Shown piece by piece: positions 12,907 to 26,644 of a DNA stretch of 47,647 bases. Made by a program: the position numbers and the translations under genes. A model generated the notes under the pieces. It saw only the letters and a program-made list of their open reading frames with translations, had not been told where the DNA came from and made no database searches. The number at the start of each line of letters is the position of its first letter. The first letter of the stretch is position 1. The stretch is from the NCBI GenBank assembly GCA_965644295.1, contig CBFFRP010000460.1, forward strand, positions 1 through 47,647. Reading direction: 5' to 3'. The stretch is from Paraphysomonas bandaiensis. Taxonomy: Eukaryota > Protista > Chrysophyceae.

Positions 12907-13181
12907 GAAATGGACATACTGTCACAGTAATTGTACATGCAATCATAATATTGTCATATATCTCCTCTATCCTCTAACCACACCATTATTAAATCACGCA
13001 TCTTGAGGTGTTATTCACAACCCTCTGTATGAGATCATGAACGCCCTCTCATGGGATATACACCTATAGTATCTCTATAGTCTAGATGCATATTTCTATA
13101 AGTATTCAGGGGGTCCATATAACCTAAAGATACATCACAGAATAGATTTTACTTACAATCATTGTATTAATAAACACTAGC

Positions 13182-16100
13182 ATGTCATCTGATATGATTG
13201 ATGTGGTGCGAGGGCATGTATCATGTGTGTTATGTGGTGATTTGGGTTCATTGGATGGTATTGAAACTAAGCGTCGATTAGATTATATATTTGATGATTG
13301 TCGAATGAGTCCTGAAATTGTTCATGATATTAAAGAGGATATTAAGTCATTACATGAAGGGAATACTGATATTGAAGAATGTGTAGTGCACCCGACTGGT
13401 GAAATGAACTCAGGCAGTATTATTACGCTTTCTAATTCTCTAGAGGAGAAGCGTGACCCATTTTTGGATGTGTTATTGTCAACCTACAAGCACACGAGGA
13501 GAGAAAATACAAAAGTTTCACGGAAGAAAGTTACTGTTGTAAATGCCTCTAAATTGACGGAAACTTTTGAATTTGTAGATGACAAGCTGTACTGGCAATT
13601 CATTTGTGCGATCAAGAAGTCCCACCAGAATAAAGCAGTTACTCTGCGTGGGAAGTGTATATTAACAAATTCTGAGATCGTTAAGGCGTCTCAAGAGAGT
13701 AGCATGTTGTTTAAGGTCGAAAATGAAGTCTCTTTTTTGATATCAAATCTTCAACTTGATGTTACCTTGTGCAAGGGTAGCACCTCTGATACACATAGGA
13801 TAGAGCTCCCCTCTCTCCTGGCTCTCGCCCTACATGCAGACTATGACCCGTACTTGTCAATGCAGTTCCAGGTGTCATCTTTTTCTTGTCGGTGGGTGGA
13901 TAGTGCGGGTGGTGCTGTGGATGACCTTCATATTAATGCTACATATGAACACGAGGGCTTCGGTCGAGTAACGTCAGGTACATTTTCATATGTCGTTATG
14001 ATAGTGATCTTGATTCGTAATAGTAATGGTGTGCAAGGCACATATACAAGTCTTGGTGCTTCATATATTTCGTTACATACTGACTTTGAGACGTAGGTGA
14101 TGTGCCAGTCGCAGATGGCGAATTCATTTCTCTTCTGGTCCCAAACGACGTGTCATCTATGCTGTCGCTATATGTTAAGCATGATATCCACTCAGATATG
14201 TCGTCCGTTACTAGCGGCGTGGATGGATCGGCTATACTTGGAAAGCTTAAGATGCCAATTAACGCTTTCTTTCCGTCAACTGGTCTTACACCTCCTAGGC
14301 AGAATACACGACGTAGGCCTAGTTTGACTGAAAGGAACTCCTTGCCGCGATCCTTGGATATCGAGATACCCCTTTCACCACCAGATGTTGACCTCGTCGC
14401 AAAACTTGCTATTGTTAGTGCCAGCAACCTTCCTTGTGCGAAGTCCGTCATTCCCAATGCTTATTGTGTGGTCTACATTGTAGGGAGAGATGGTAGAGTT
14501 ATAGAGAGTGTTGGGAACAAAACAATTCCCATTAAATCTACTGACCCGAAGTGGGATGTTGAGTTCATGCTCCACACCACCCTGGGTGTGGCAGAGATTG
14601 ATTCTGTGCTGATCAAGGTCAAAGATGCCGGTGTGGGTCGACTACGTCACAAGCACTTGGGGCAAGTAGAGGTACCTGCTGCGGTATTTGTCCCTACCTC
14701 GCATCCTGCTCGTCTGCGGTTGCCCATCACCCCCACGGAGAGAATGCAAAGCTCTACCGATGATATGAAAGAGTGCAGCCTTGGAGAAATCACTATTCGC
14801 ACCCAGCTGATAAAAACCCCGAAATTGGCTCCACCTCCGGTTACAGGTCTTCTGAGCAGCCTATCTGTGTCCTCGCCCGACGGCGACTCGAATGAACCAC
14901 GTACCCCTGTATATAACCGGCACAGGAAGAAACTCAGTCTGAGAAGTATGCCTGGAACGGGATTGACAGATGAGGCCGTCCCTAGAGAGGAAGAAAGTTC
15001 TTCTTCACCTTCTGCACCACAGGTATGAAGTATGTTTAACTAGTTTAGTTGTTCGACTGGCAATGTCCTATGACATCGCGTTGCAGAGTTTTCTTCTATA
15101 CTTTAACACTGCTATATAGGGTGGATTAGCTACGTTGCGTTGTACGTTAACTCATATATCCCCCTCTCGTACTTGGTGGCCGTGTTTTGGCCTGACTAGC
15201 AATAATAGTGATGGTCGACAGGGAGCTGGTGTGGTACTGGACAACATGGAGTGCCTCTTGGATTACGACGAATGGATCATTCGCACTCGGCTTGTGGTCT
15301 ACCCAGAGGGTTCTAGTCAGCATGGTGGTCGAAAAGTAATGGTACAATCAAGCAGAACAAGTGCTACTCGCACATCGCAGTCTGGAGAGGTGTCTAGTAA
15401 AGACGACTATGTGAGGTTACCGTGGACACAGGTGAAATATGACGATAACCATTTTGTGGCACTTCATGCATTCATGCTTGTGAAATTTATACTTTTGTAT
15501 ATATACGAACTGAAAATATAACTGTACCTCCAGGTTGTGGATATTATGCAAGTCACTGATAGCGCTGTGTTGGTATCTTTCGTGAGTCCATTCCAGCGAC
15601 CGTCTGTAATGGTCCCACGCCGTCGAAGTAGCCTGTTTTCTCGTACACCTGCATCCTCCACTTATGAGATGGATACCCAAGAAGAGGTCATTCTCGAAAT
15701 GTTGATTGGCCCATGTCCAGCCGAAGTAGTTATGTGTTTGCTACGAGATCGTATATCTACTTCTGTTGTCCGCGAAGACATAAGGCGGCACTTACAAATA
15801 AGCAAGACAATCACCCCAACAACACAATCGTTGTCGAGACCAGTAGTCACGTTTATACGTGACTCATTGAAGTACTTAAGTTGTTGTATTGACCTCATCA
15901 GTGGGGATACGATTGATACTGTTCAGTCGGGTGTGGAGATAATGGGAAATGTATCACCGCGCACCGCCCGCATGCGTATGTATATATTTCTCCTTATTCG
16001 CATGTGCCGTAAGATTAAAGCTCATAATTTTCCGACTCTAGACTATTACGAACTTGATGCTGCTATATCTGAAGAGTTTACGCGAGGTGAAAATGTATCT

Positions 16101-18629
16101 ATGACTTTTAATGATCGTCAAAGGCAATGGTTGACGGTTATAGAGTCGTGGCGGCAACTGCTGAGTAGGGACGAAAATTCTGATTCTGATGACGAAGTAG
16201 AGGCCCTTAGCACACGGGGAATAATAGAAGTGATTGATAGTATCATGTCATCTTGTGTTCATTTGGTGAACTTAGTAGTGCTTTGTGGTGCTGGAGAACT
16301 TGGAGCATCGAGTTTGCCCTTTTCAGGTCAAGCAGTGATCACTAGAGCAGTCAGTCGGGTAGTGAACGAGCACTTTGTTGTTATGAAACATGTGGTTAAG
16401 TTTTTCGTTTCATCAGAGTCTGCATTTCAGTTGATACCCGGACAGACAAACAAAACCAATTTCTTAAAGTACTTGGTAATTTATGACACTCAACTGTCGG
16501 ATATTTTGGCCCCATCTTTGTCTTTGCTTGGGTTGGAATGTATACCCCTGCCGGAGTTACTCGGGACGGATGGATTAAAGGAAGCTGTACGACTATACAG
16601 TAGAGGCTTGGTGGTGGAGACTAGAATGTGGCTAGCACGTACGATCAAGCACTCCAAATTGAACAAGCAAAATTCATATGGGTTACCATGGGATATAGAG
16701 AGGTGTGGTGAGTTAATGATTTCTGCTTTACCAGAGGTTCTGAGGTTTCAAATGAACTCCTATACGGACCTTATCCAGGAATCCCACAAACCTGGATCAT
16801 CTCCTGATGGGCACCGATCGCATGTAGCAGATGTACGGCTTTCTAGTGTTCATATGGCTAGCATGCGCCTTCAAAGTCAGCACAGTATTTCCACTCGGTC
16901 GATGAGTCGAGATGAGAGTCCCTATGATGTTAGTGGCACGGAGCAGACGCTCTGGCAGACCATAGGACTACATGAGCAGATACTTCGAGCAATATGCAAG
17001 TCATTACTTTTGCTTGCACACGAATACACAATGGCGCTACAAAGTAAGCACTGGGATAAGCCGCAGTCCTTTCAGCAGACGGGGTCTGTCACCTCACCAA
17101 GAGCTGGTGACGTATCTAGGGATGCCGAGAGTGAGAGTCTGATGTTTCTTATATCTGTGGCTAACGATGCCTACCGCGTTCGAGCGGTTCATTTGAGTGA
17201 ATTACTTCGTATTGAGTCTAATGTTGACTGGTCTGATGGAACGAAATGTTTAATCCAATCAGTCACGGACGAATTTCAGAGTGTGTCAGAAAAAGCTGTC
17301 AAATCCATTGTGAGGATTATATTCTCTGACTTAGAGACAGTTTTGGCTAATTTTGACGGTCTCTGGCATGCACACGAAAAATATCAGCGTGGTACTGATT
17401 CAATGGCCCCACCATCCCCCGTGCTTGCCATAATATACACTATGCAGGACTTTCTTTTCGAAATTGCTCAACAGATCGAATCACAGTTGTTTTTTGATGT
17501 CGTTGTTGCCTGTGCCGACGTGTGTGCCTTGCGCTACATGCTTTTTCTAAGGAATCTCTCCGCTAACCTTACGGTGTTGTCTAACAATGATATAAGTCGA
17601 ATTCAACTGGATGTGACTGCATTGGTGGACAGCTTTAAGAAGCATAGTGAGTTTGAGCTGAATCATCATTTGAACCCCGTGTCTCGCGCTCTCAGTTCCT
17701 TAACTGATGCAGTTCTCATCATCACGGAGTCTTCGCACACCGATCCTAACTTTTTGTTCATTCTCCAGAGAATCGCCCATCAGAAACGGAATATGAATAA
17801 GGAGGATAAACAGCTGATGCATGATGCTCTTACAGCGATGCTTCGACTACGCCGTGACTGTGGACCGGATTCCGGTGCGAACAGTGCATACGTAATCAGT
17901 AATATGGTAAACAATGCTCTTGCGCCTCTTCCAGCACATTCTCCTCTGCTCAGATCAGCCATTGATAGTGACACCATTGTATTGCGCGCCTTTAGAGACA
18001 ACACAGAGACTCGTAGTCAGAGCGGTGCGGAAAATAAAATAATGAAAGGGTTCCGGCAATTTACTGGTTTGAATGGCGGTCTGTCAAGTACTCCAAGTAA
18101 GAAGCGGTGCGATAAAGATGCGACGGATATGCGGCGGAACCTTGGATTATTGGACATGGTACGTAGCCGTAGCTCCGAGATTCCAGATAGCGATTATGCA
18201 GCTCAAGGTACAGGAGTGAAGTTGTTGGATGATCAGTGGTCAGAGGCCACTAAAATGACTGTTGTTATAAAGTGCATTCAATGCAAAAATTTAGTAACAA
18301 AGTCAGCTGTCAGTTTAGCAAATCCATATGTGGTTGTCACGTATGAAGACCAACGACACAAGACCAAAGTTAAGTGGAACAGTTCGAATCCAGTGTGGAA
18401 CGATGTGTTGAGAATCGAAAATGTCCCCAAAGTTGTCACGAATAAAAAGATTGATGTAAAAGTTTATGACAAGGAAAGGATTGCAAGAAAGACACTAATT
18501 GGTGCAGTAGTTATTGCAATCGATGGTATTGATTTGAACCCAATTGAATCGTGGTTTGCTCTTAGCGAAGGTGTCATTAGCTCCAATGGAGAAATATACT
18601 TGAATATCGTTGGTGAACCAAACAATTAG
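13182..18629 (+). CDS. Large C2 - Sec6/MUN-like (CATCHR) helical region - C2 protein; exons 13182-13977, 14097-15022, 15120-15431, 15534-18629
   Basis: First C2: AIVSASNLP...PNAYCVVY...KTIPIKSTDPKWDVEF...KVKD...HLGQVEV. Second C2: IQCKNL...NPYVVVTY...KTKVKWNSSNPVWND...KVYDKERIARKTLIG. Middle region IIFSDLETV...TMQDF...RYM...RIQLDV resembles the Sec6 C-terminus. Three GT-AG introns restore one frame. Confidence 0.75.
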
Positions 18630-19203
18630 CAGGAATTAAGTTTAATAGTGATTATTTAGTTCTAGTGTATATGACGATAGGCGAATGTTATAAACCGCTC
18701 TACTATAGTTATCCCCTGATGCTTGATTGAACGACTGGATTTGATATATGCACTATTTTTGTCGCAGAAATGTGGCAATCCTGCTCAAGTAATAATGTCA
18801 TCATATCAGGTAGCACGTGAAGGATTGTTAAAATACAACCAACCTCTATACTTACTTGCAGCTAGTAGTTAGTCTATTGCAAATAGTAAGACAGTCACTA
18901 CCTTATGAAGAGCGCACAAACTACATTAAGAACTTAGCAGCGAACTACTTCATGAACTTTATTTCCAAAATTTTATTTCATTTTATGAAATTCGTGAATA
19001 CATTTGCAAGTAAATTAGAATAAGCAGCACCCATGTGTGACAATATAGAATTTCTTAGAAGTGTTTACTTGGATCAACCTAGAGCATTTCCCTAGCTAAG
19101 TAGCTTAGCATAGCATTCATCGGAGACTTGTGTATTTCGAATTCCTCCTGTATACTTAATACAAGTGTGGTTCCAGTACACATGAATTTTCTAGATCGGC
19201 ATA

Positions 19204-21183
19204 TTACGACATTTTCGCTCTCCCAAGGACTTTTAACTTCTTCAAACCTCCCTCCAGTCTCTCTTTCCTGTCGACCAGATATTTCCGCGCCGCTTTCTCC
19301 GATAGAGTGACATCGAAGTAAGTCTCAACTGAGGTAGTATTGACACTAGCCAATTTCTCGTGCAGTTTTTTCACGCAACGCTGCAGGTTCTCCTGAATAA
19401 TCTTAGGAATATTATCAGCGTAGCATTTCATACAAACTTTCCAGTAGCTTTTCAAGAATATACACATGTCCACAGCCTCTTGGTCAAGGTTCGACATATT
19501 TCCTATTCCATCCATATACCAAGTGGTAATATCCTTCGCCAACGTCACACTGTCCGGCTGAGGTGCAGGCAATGACTCAAGGTGAGATGTCAGTCCGTCA
19601 ACAAACATTTGATAACGATACTGCTTTACGGAATCCATAAAATAGTGGTTCTGAGTGTATAACTCACTCATCTCACGATCAATTGCTTCGTTAATCTGCT
19701 TTTTCGTCACTTCAAATACCTCATTGATGCACTCCAAAACCGCATTTTTCACATCTTCCACTAATTTGACGTAGCATTGCTGAATAGTTACCGAAATCAA
19801 GGATAAGTGCACCTCTTCGAATATGTCGTGAATGTCATCCAGACATGCTAAACTGGGCAATCTCCACCTGTCAATGTAGCCGCCCATTATCCTCGCAAAG
19901 GAATAAAAACTAAGAAACCCCGGAAGTTCACGCCCTCGGCAAGCAACAATCACACCTTTCAAATCTTCAACGAATTCCTCATCGTCAAAATTAGGCTTGG
20001 TCTCTTGGATATCCTCATACAAAGTATCAAGCAACTCTCGAATACGTGCAAGGAGGCGATAAGATTCGTTAGAGAATAAAGGGTCAGCATATTGTCCCCG
20101 AGTTGCATTCTCACATACATGCACATAGCGCTGATATACTCGAGCGTACTCAATACTTTTCTGTTCCCATGTTTGCGGTGGTGCTTCACCCATCATACTC
20201 AATTCACCAGCTGTCGTCTTATACATATTCTCCATCTCCTTCTGCATGTCTGGTAACTCGGATTGAATTACACTAACCAGAAGGTTTGTGAGCTTCTCTG
20301 TCAGATGCGCTATACCAAAATATTCTTCTGGAAGCTTGGAGTACACAGGGTGTTTCCGAAAGAACTCCATCTCGATGGTATGGGCTTCTTCCAGAGATAC
20401 GCCATCCGTTAATTCCTTATTGTTACGGTTCCTCAACATATGATATCCATGCTTCAAGTGCTTTCGACCGCCAGTTAAAGCTCCAACAACTTCACCTTCA
20501 GTGCCACCATCAACCAAATCTGGCTTCGTGAATACACCAAGTGTACGGTCACCATCTTTATCCACTTCATATGCCTTCTCCAAAATCCCTGCAACCGCAA
20601 GATCCGCATTGGCCGGTATGACAGCAAGAATTATTGTGCGGGGCTGATTCAGATATTTCTCAATCAGTGAGTTGACTGCAGCAATTACTGTCCGATCCTG
20701 GTTGTCCATTACAGTATGAATAATACCAGGGAGATCCACAACTGTAAGGTTGGGAACATCAGAGCTCATAATATCAATAACAATACTATCTGTACTGAAC
20801 TCTGAGCCTGATTCTCTGATAAGGTGTTTAGTAAGCTCCGTAATCGCATTTCCAATATCATCTCGTGTAGATAATTCACCCGTATCATCTGGTTGATATA
20901 ATCTCTCCCATCTAAGAGATACTTTACCCTTCCAGTCACTTCCGGGAGGAGTTTTCTTCATGCGTATCTCTGTTGGACATCGTGTAACGAGCCCCGCCCC
21001 TCGAGGAAACCCAACACCACATAAAGACTCAAGCACTGAACTCTTTCCAGAGCTTTGATCACCCATTACTACAATTTGAGGTATAGAGATATCTTTCTCA
21101 ATACCAGATGAACGTAACTCATCGATTAAATCAATATATGGTCGTGTTGCTTCACCATACTTGTCTGTTAATTCATTGGCCAT
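19204..21183 (-). CDS. Mx-like dynamin superfamily GTPase (659 aa, no intron in CDS)
   Basis: RPYIDLIDELRSSGIEKDISIPQIVVMGDQSSGKSSVLE (G1), LVTRCPT (G2), DLPG (G3), TKPD (G4), YTQNHYF, SYWKV...DNIP (GED); no PH or proline-rich domain. Confidence 0.93.
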   Translation of the reverse strand: MANELTDKYGEATRPYIDLIDELRSSGIEKDISIPQIVVMGDQSSGKSSVLESLCGVGFPRGAGLVTRCPTEIRMKKTPPGSDWKGKVSLRWERLYQPDDTGELSTRDDIGNAITELTKHLIRESGSEFSTDSIVIDIMSSDVPNLTVVDLPGIIHTVMDNQDRTVIAAVNSLIEKYLNQPRTIILAVIPANADLAVAGILEKAYEVDKDGDRTLGVFTKPDLVDGGTEGEVVGALTGGRKHLKHGYHMLRNRNNKELTDGVSLEEAHTIEMEFFRKHPVYSKLPEEYFGIAHLTEKLTNLLVSVIQSELPDMQKEMENMYKTTAGELSMMGEAPPQTWEQKSIEYARVYQRYVHVCENATRGQYADPLFSNESYRLLARIRELLDTLYEDIQETKPNFDDEEFVEDLKGVIVACRGRELPGFLSFYSFARIMGGYIDRWRLPSLACLDDIHDIFEEVHLSLISVTIQQCYVKLVEDVKNAVLECINEVFEVTKKQINEAIDREMSELYTQNHYFMDSVKQYRYQMFVDGLTSHLESLPAPQPDSVTLAKDITTWYMDGIGNMSNLDQEAVDMCIFLKSYWKVCMKCYADNIPKIIQENLQRCVKKLHEKLASVNTTSVETYFDVTLSEKAARKYLVDRKERLEGGLKKLKVLGRAKMS

Positions 21184-21822
21184 GATGAGAGATGAGAGAG
21201 GTTTGACTTGGAGTCGATAGAAGGTAGTATCCTGTGAGTGTATCTAATATGATGTTAGTGAGAGAGATTATGATACATACATACATATATATATGTATGT
21301 ATATGCAGTACTCATAGTCACTTTACAGCCACATATTATACAGAAGAAGTATCTATGATTCAGAACACTTCAATATGTGTGGATGATATCACTTCATTAT
21401 ATATACTGATATATGTCGCACTGTATATGTATACTGATAGCCGGATAATGTCCGAAAAAAAGACAATTGAAGAATAAAGAAGACAGAAGTGAGTATGTGA
21501 ATAGAGTGAAGTGCGTGTGAGTATAGAGTGAAGTGAGTATGTGAATATAGTGAGCACTATACCGTATGAACGAAGTCTCACGGCGTATAAAGACTCAGCC
21601 ACAACTGTACAGTGTATACCACTACGAATAGACTCATAGGTTGCAGATGATTCACTATACGTGCATGTGGATCATCCGGAACATAAGAGTATGTATAGAG
21701 ACTGAGAGATTGAGTTCAGTTCTTTCACGTTAGTCTTCTGAAGTCCATATTCGCTTAATGACAATATATTCACCGTAATAAGAAATGATTCATATGATTC
21801 TCTACGAGTACACCCACATATA

Positions 21823-22235
21823 GCATACATACATACATACATACATACATACATACATACATACATACATACATACATACATACATACATACATACATAC
21901 ATACATACATACATACATACATACATACATACATACATACATACATACATACATACATACATACATACATACATACATACATACATACATACATACATAC
22001 ATACATACATACATACATACATACATACATACATACATACATGTACTTACATACATACATGCATACATACATACATACATACATACATACATACATACAT
22101 ACATACATACATACATACATACATACATACATACATACATACATACATACATACATACACGTACTTACATACCTACATACATACTTAAATACAGCAGTAC
22201 ATACACACATACTGTACATACATACATACATTCTA
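21823..22235. repeat. (CATA)n microsatellite array D
   Basis: Near-perfect to about 22160, then degenerate; between divergent ATGs at 21183 (-) and 22384 (+). Confidence 0.97.
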
Positions 22236-22383
22236 CATGTACATATACTGTAGTACATTTGTACTGTTGTCTGCGTACATGTATATACATGATGTCTATA
22301 TATGTAACCACTCACTCTAATAATATAACCACTTTAACAAACTCATATATCTAACCCCCTCCTCTCACCTCCTCTACCACACC

Positions 22384-25300
22384 ATGACCGATCATTCAAT
22401 TGATGATATCTGGCAATCTATGAAAGCTCAAGATAATACAGTCAGTGAGGAATATAAGAGACGATCACAAGCACTGCGACCTCCTCATATATCCTCTATA
22501 CCACATGATATAAACCATAAGAAGACATATAATAAGAAGAATAAGAAAAAAAAACATGATATAAAAGAAAAAAAAGATAGAAAAGGATATCAGGATCCTA
22601 TAGAGACAGTAGGGGATCCTGTAGTGGCTATCAGAGACCCTATAGTGACATATAAAGATGATACTATCGTGAATGAGGTGAGTAATAGAGATAATTGAGA
22701 TATATTAATAAGGATCTCATGGTTGTATGGATAGAAACAAACTATTAGTGCACAAGATATGCTGCAGAAGATATCACGAGACATTAACACATGTGAGTCG
22801 GGTAGTGGAGTGGAGCGTCGCAAAGCCCTTTCTCGCATTCACACTGCTCTTACTGAGGAGACTACCATGAGTATGAATGATTACAGTGAACTGTTTTCAG
22901 AGATATCGAGACCACTCTTTAAGAGGTTTGCAGATACTGTGGAGAAGTGCAGAGATCTCTCTTTCCGCATTACCACTTTCTTATTCCAGGTGCACACTGC
23001 TGTATAGTTGTTGGCCCATTCAAGCGTTATAGTGTAAGTTGTGTTACATTAATGGGTTTTGTCTGCAGAATGGTGCTGATTTTGTCCCTGTACTTGGGTA
23101 TTACATTCCAGCTCTACTTCAGCGCGCCCCAGCTACTCTGGCATATGACCAAGAAATGCAGGTATAGTGCATAACGTGCAATCTCTCCGTAACGTGTAAT
23201 ATATAGCATAATGCATAGTGGTATATTTTTTTGTTTATATAGTGCTTGTGGATGAATATATACCAAGACTAGGAATATCTTGCCACATACTTACCTCAAC
23301 ATTGTCGATAGATATTCGTTTGGGATGCGGAGACTCACGACGCTTATAAACGAGGAAGAGCTGTAGATCGTCAAGATGCAGCAAATCCCTCAGCTCCGGT
23401 CTCAGTGACTGTAGTGGAACCCTCGGAGGAGGTCCGATTGCTGACGTGCCAATCACTGACCACCCTCATAAAGCGATTGGATGAGTTGCAAGCGCTGTCG
23501 GTGCTGAACCCGTATTTTAGCGACGTGGTGTTGTTTTTACAGGTATAGTCAGTCCTTTGATATAGATAGGCTAGACATTGGGCATGTGCTTTGGTTCAGC
23601 GAGTGGTTATTTTTCTAACCTTTTTTACCAGAGCCAAGTCAGAGATCCTTATCCAGAACTGAAGATAGAAGCCATAAGAGGCATCGAACACCTGGCTATT
23701 ACTAGAGAATACGAATCTGGTTAGTAACAACTTCACTATGTATTAATACCCACTTACCTCTGTAATTGTTCGCCTTATTTTGTGTCTGTGTTTATGCCTT
23801 CTGTATGTAGGTATGTGTTTCTTTGCAGTGGCGTTAGTGAGAGCTGTGATGCCGGCTCTGCGCCATCGCCATGCCAAAGTTCGAGCCCCAGCAGTAGATG
23901 CTGTTCGTGCATGTGTACACGTGCCCAACAGAGCGAAGAGAAAAGGAGCTGGGACAGAAGCAATTGCGGAGCTTGTAGGGTTTAAGGAGTCTAATGTTCT
24001 CCAGGTGCAGTGTTTAGCTATCCAGATGAAATTTTTGTGGTAGTTTGGTCATGGAGATATGTTGTGGTGTAGGATTATTTCTGGTATTGCAGTGATGTGC
24101 TGCTGAAGTATATATGGTATGGTTGTGTATGTAAATGCACCTATCTGTAGGTTTCTGCTTTTTACAAGACTGAAGTATCTGTAAACTATTTGGCTGAAGT
24201 CACAAGCGACTCGTCCGTACAAGTTAGGGAGCGGGTTGTATTGATGCTTTCGTCATTTCTCACAGAGCTCGAAGACCGATATGATCACCAGACTCGTCTA
24301 CTACCATATTTGCTGGATATGTTGAGTGATGAGACAAGTGGGATTCGAAATACAGCATTGGAGTGTCTGATGAAGTGCGGAAAACAGTATGAGGAAGATC
24401 ACCCGGATGAAATCATTGAACGGAGACAGTACGGGATAGATGGAGATGACAGGTCGGTCCTGTTGCCATGCTCTTGAAACCATAGTCCGTTCCATATCAG
24501 GGAAATTGAGAGCAGTGTATCCCTTGTTTCTGTGCCTAAGTGTGCTAATATGATTCAATAGGTGTAACCTTGATAAGCCTTTGCCTCCACCCTTCACTGA
24601 GAGACCTCGAATCGGTATACGTATTTATGTACGAGGTAACACGAAAAGGTTCCTATTTGCGCTTGTTGGTGAGCTCACAAACTGGCAATGTAAAACGCGG
24701 CTTAAGTCAGCGAGACTACTAAAAACAGTCTTAATATTGTGTGAAGAGTACTTGACGATGGAAGCACACAAGCTTTTACCGGCATATGTTAAAGCCTTGG
24801 GGTTTGCTAGAGAAGATAAAGACAAAGAGTTAGAAACTCTTCTGCTTGAAATATGCGAGTTGTGTGGGCGCTACACTGCTCCAGAAACTTACGTACACTA
24901 CATACTACCAAGATTACGAGGTGATGCTGAAATAGTTCAATTTGGTGTGGACAGTGCCACTAGATGCTGTGTAATGGACGCCCTGAAGAACATGCTTGAG
25001 GGTTCAAAGGCGTCACTTGTTCCCCCTTACCTCACAGAGATAATTGATACCATTGTTGACCCATGCGTCATTGATATTGAATCTTTGACGGTGCATGAAA
25101 CCGCGGTCAATTTGTTGAATAGTTTATTGTATCGTGTTCAAGGCAGAGGATTAGCAGCAACTGAAGCTCATTATCAATCTACTGGCAGGCTCAAATCTAT
25201 GAAAGAAACGATAACGAAAGCATTCAGGTGCCATTCTTCCTTAGAGTGTACTTACATATATGCATCTTACACGTTATCGATGTGACTATTTCTCAGGTTT

Positions 25301-26644
25301 CTATTTCTCTCTCTCAATAAGACGGAGACTTGTAAACTTGCCTCCACTGGACTCACGTATTTATCTGCACTAGATTTTGATAGTAGAGCCACCGGCGTGC
25401 GTGGGCTTTTCACGCGCCAAATTCCAATCATTCTTGGTGGGGATTTGCTGTCCACCAACACGGATGATTACGAATTTCACGATCCAATATCTCCGGAGTT
25501 TTCCTTGTTAGATTTATCTGTTTCTTGTCCATGGTGCGTGGTACAGCAATCCGTATCTTCGCTGCTTCCAGTTATAGAGTATATATGTCACACTGCATTG
25601 CATCAAGGGTCCAACTGCTCTTCATCATTGCCACAGGATTCCGGAATTCAGATAAATGTCACAGGAGATGGAAAGCTCGCCGGTTTGGCTGCGAGTCCAA
25701 CAGACATCTTGTGCAGATATAGCGATCTGCTTCTTGCAACTCTATCACCTGTATTTGGTGTGAGCGGTGTGGGTGTGCCTTCGGACCCTTACATTCACCT
25801 ATATACTGATTCTGGCGCCACGCAAACCACATGTGTAGATATGACTGACTTGCCGATGAACATCATACATCGCGTAGTAGATGTGTTTGTGGCACCTGCA
25901 GTGTGGAGTGCCGAGAGCGCATTGCAGGTTAAAAGATTGAAAATCTTATCTATGCTGCTCCTCCATTCTGCACCCCATGAGTATCAGCAATTGAAAAAAA
26001 CTCAGAATTTTATAGAATTTTTTCTTCATTCTCACATGGAGGTTCTCCTTCGTAACGTATTTCCAGCGTCATCCTCCCCTTCTACCGTCGCTTCTGTAAG
26101 GCAGTTATCGATCGATCTTCTGTGTCGTGCGCTAGAAATGCTTGCTGGAAACACTCGCGCGGTGCCGTATAAAAAACTTGACGAATCATCGTCTGTCGAT
26201 CGCGTTCTAGTGGACAAAGGGCACGCGGAGGGAGCTCTACGACTTTTGATGTCCGTAGTACTAGATGATAGTTGTGACACTATCCGCATTGCATGTCTTC
26301 ATGCATTGCTCTATTTAGTCCCATTTATTCCAAGAAACGACGACTCTGTCGCGCTTGACTCTACTACCATTGGAAGGTCTATTTGTGATTTTCGCGGAAT
26401 TGTGGACCGACTCTTGCATCGTGTTGTCGAGAGTAATCCGACTCCAGATTTCCTTGATATGCTAGATACCGTTCTTAGATCAATTGCAACCCTTAGCCCG
26501 AGTGATTTTGAGGAAATAGTGAGGCAGAATATGAACTTATTGAGCGGGGAAAACCAAGCCCCAAGTGCTGCATCTGAGATATTCTCCGGACTCATTGATC
26601 ACTGTGACATGATGTTACAGTTTCAGAGCATGCAGATGGGTTAG
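22384..26644 (+). CDS. DNAAF5: HEAT-repeat protein, dynein axonemal assembly factor 5 (HEATR2)-like, multi-exon (about 10 exons)
   Basis: SRDINTC...RRKAL, RPLFKRFADTVEKCR, VVEPSEEVRL, DPYPELK, LRHRHAKVR, DSSVQVRE, LEDRYDHQTRLLPYLL, CGKQYEEDH, RPRIGIR, spread over ORF pieces separated by GT-AG introns. Confidence 0.8.

Noticed and set aside
12098-12946. Long MYVC/HTYI-repeat ORFs here and at 1142-1492, 5284-5694, 21672-22315, 39406-40468, 44391-44932
   Set aside because: Stop-free translations of (TATG)n arrays in several frames; not proteins.
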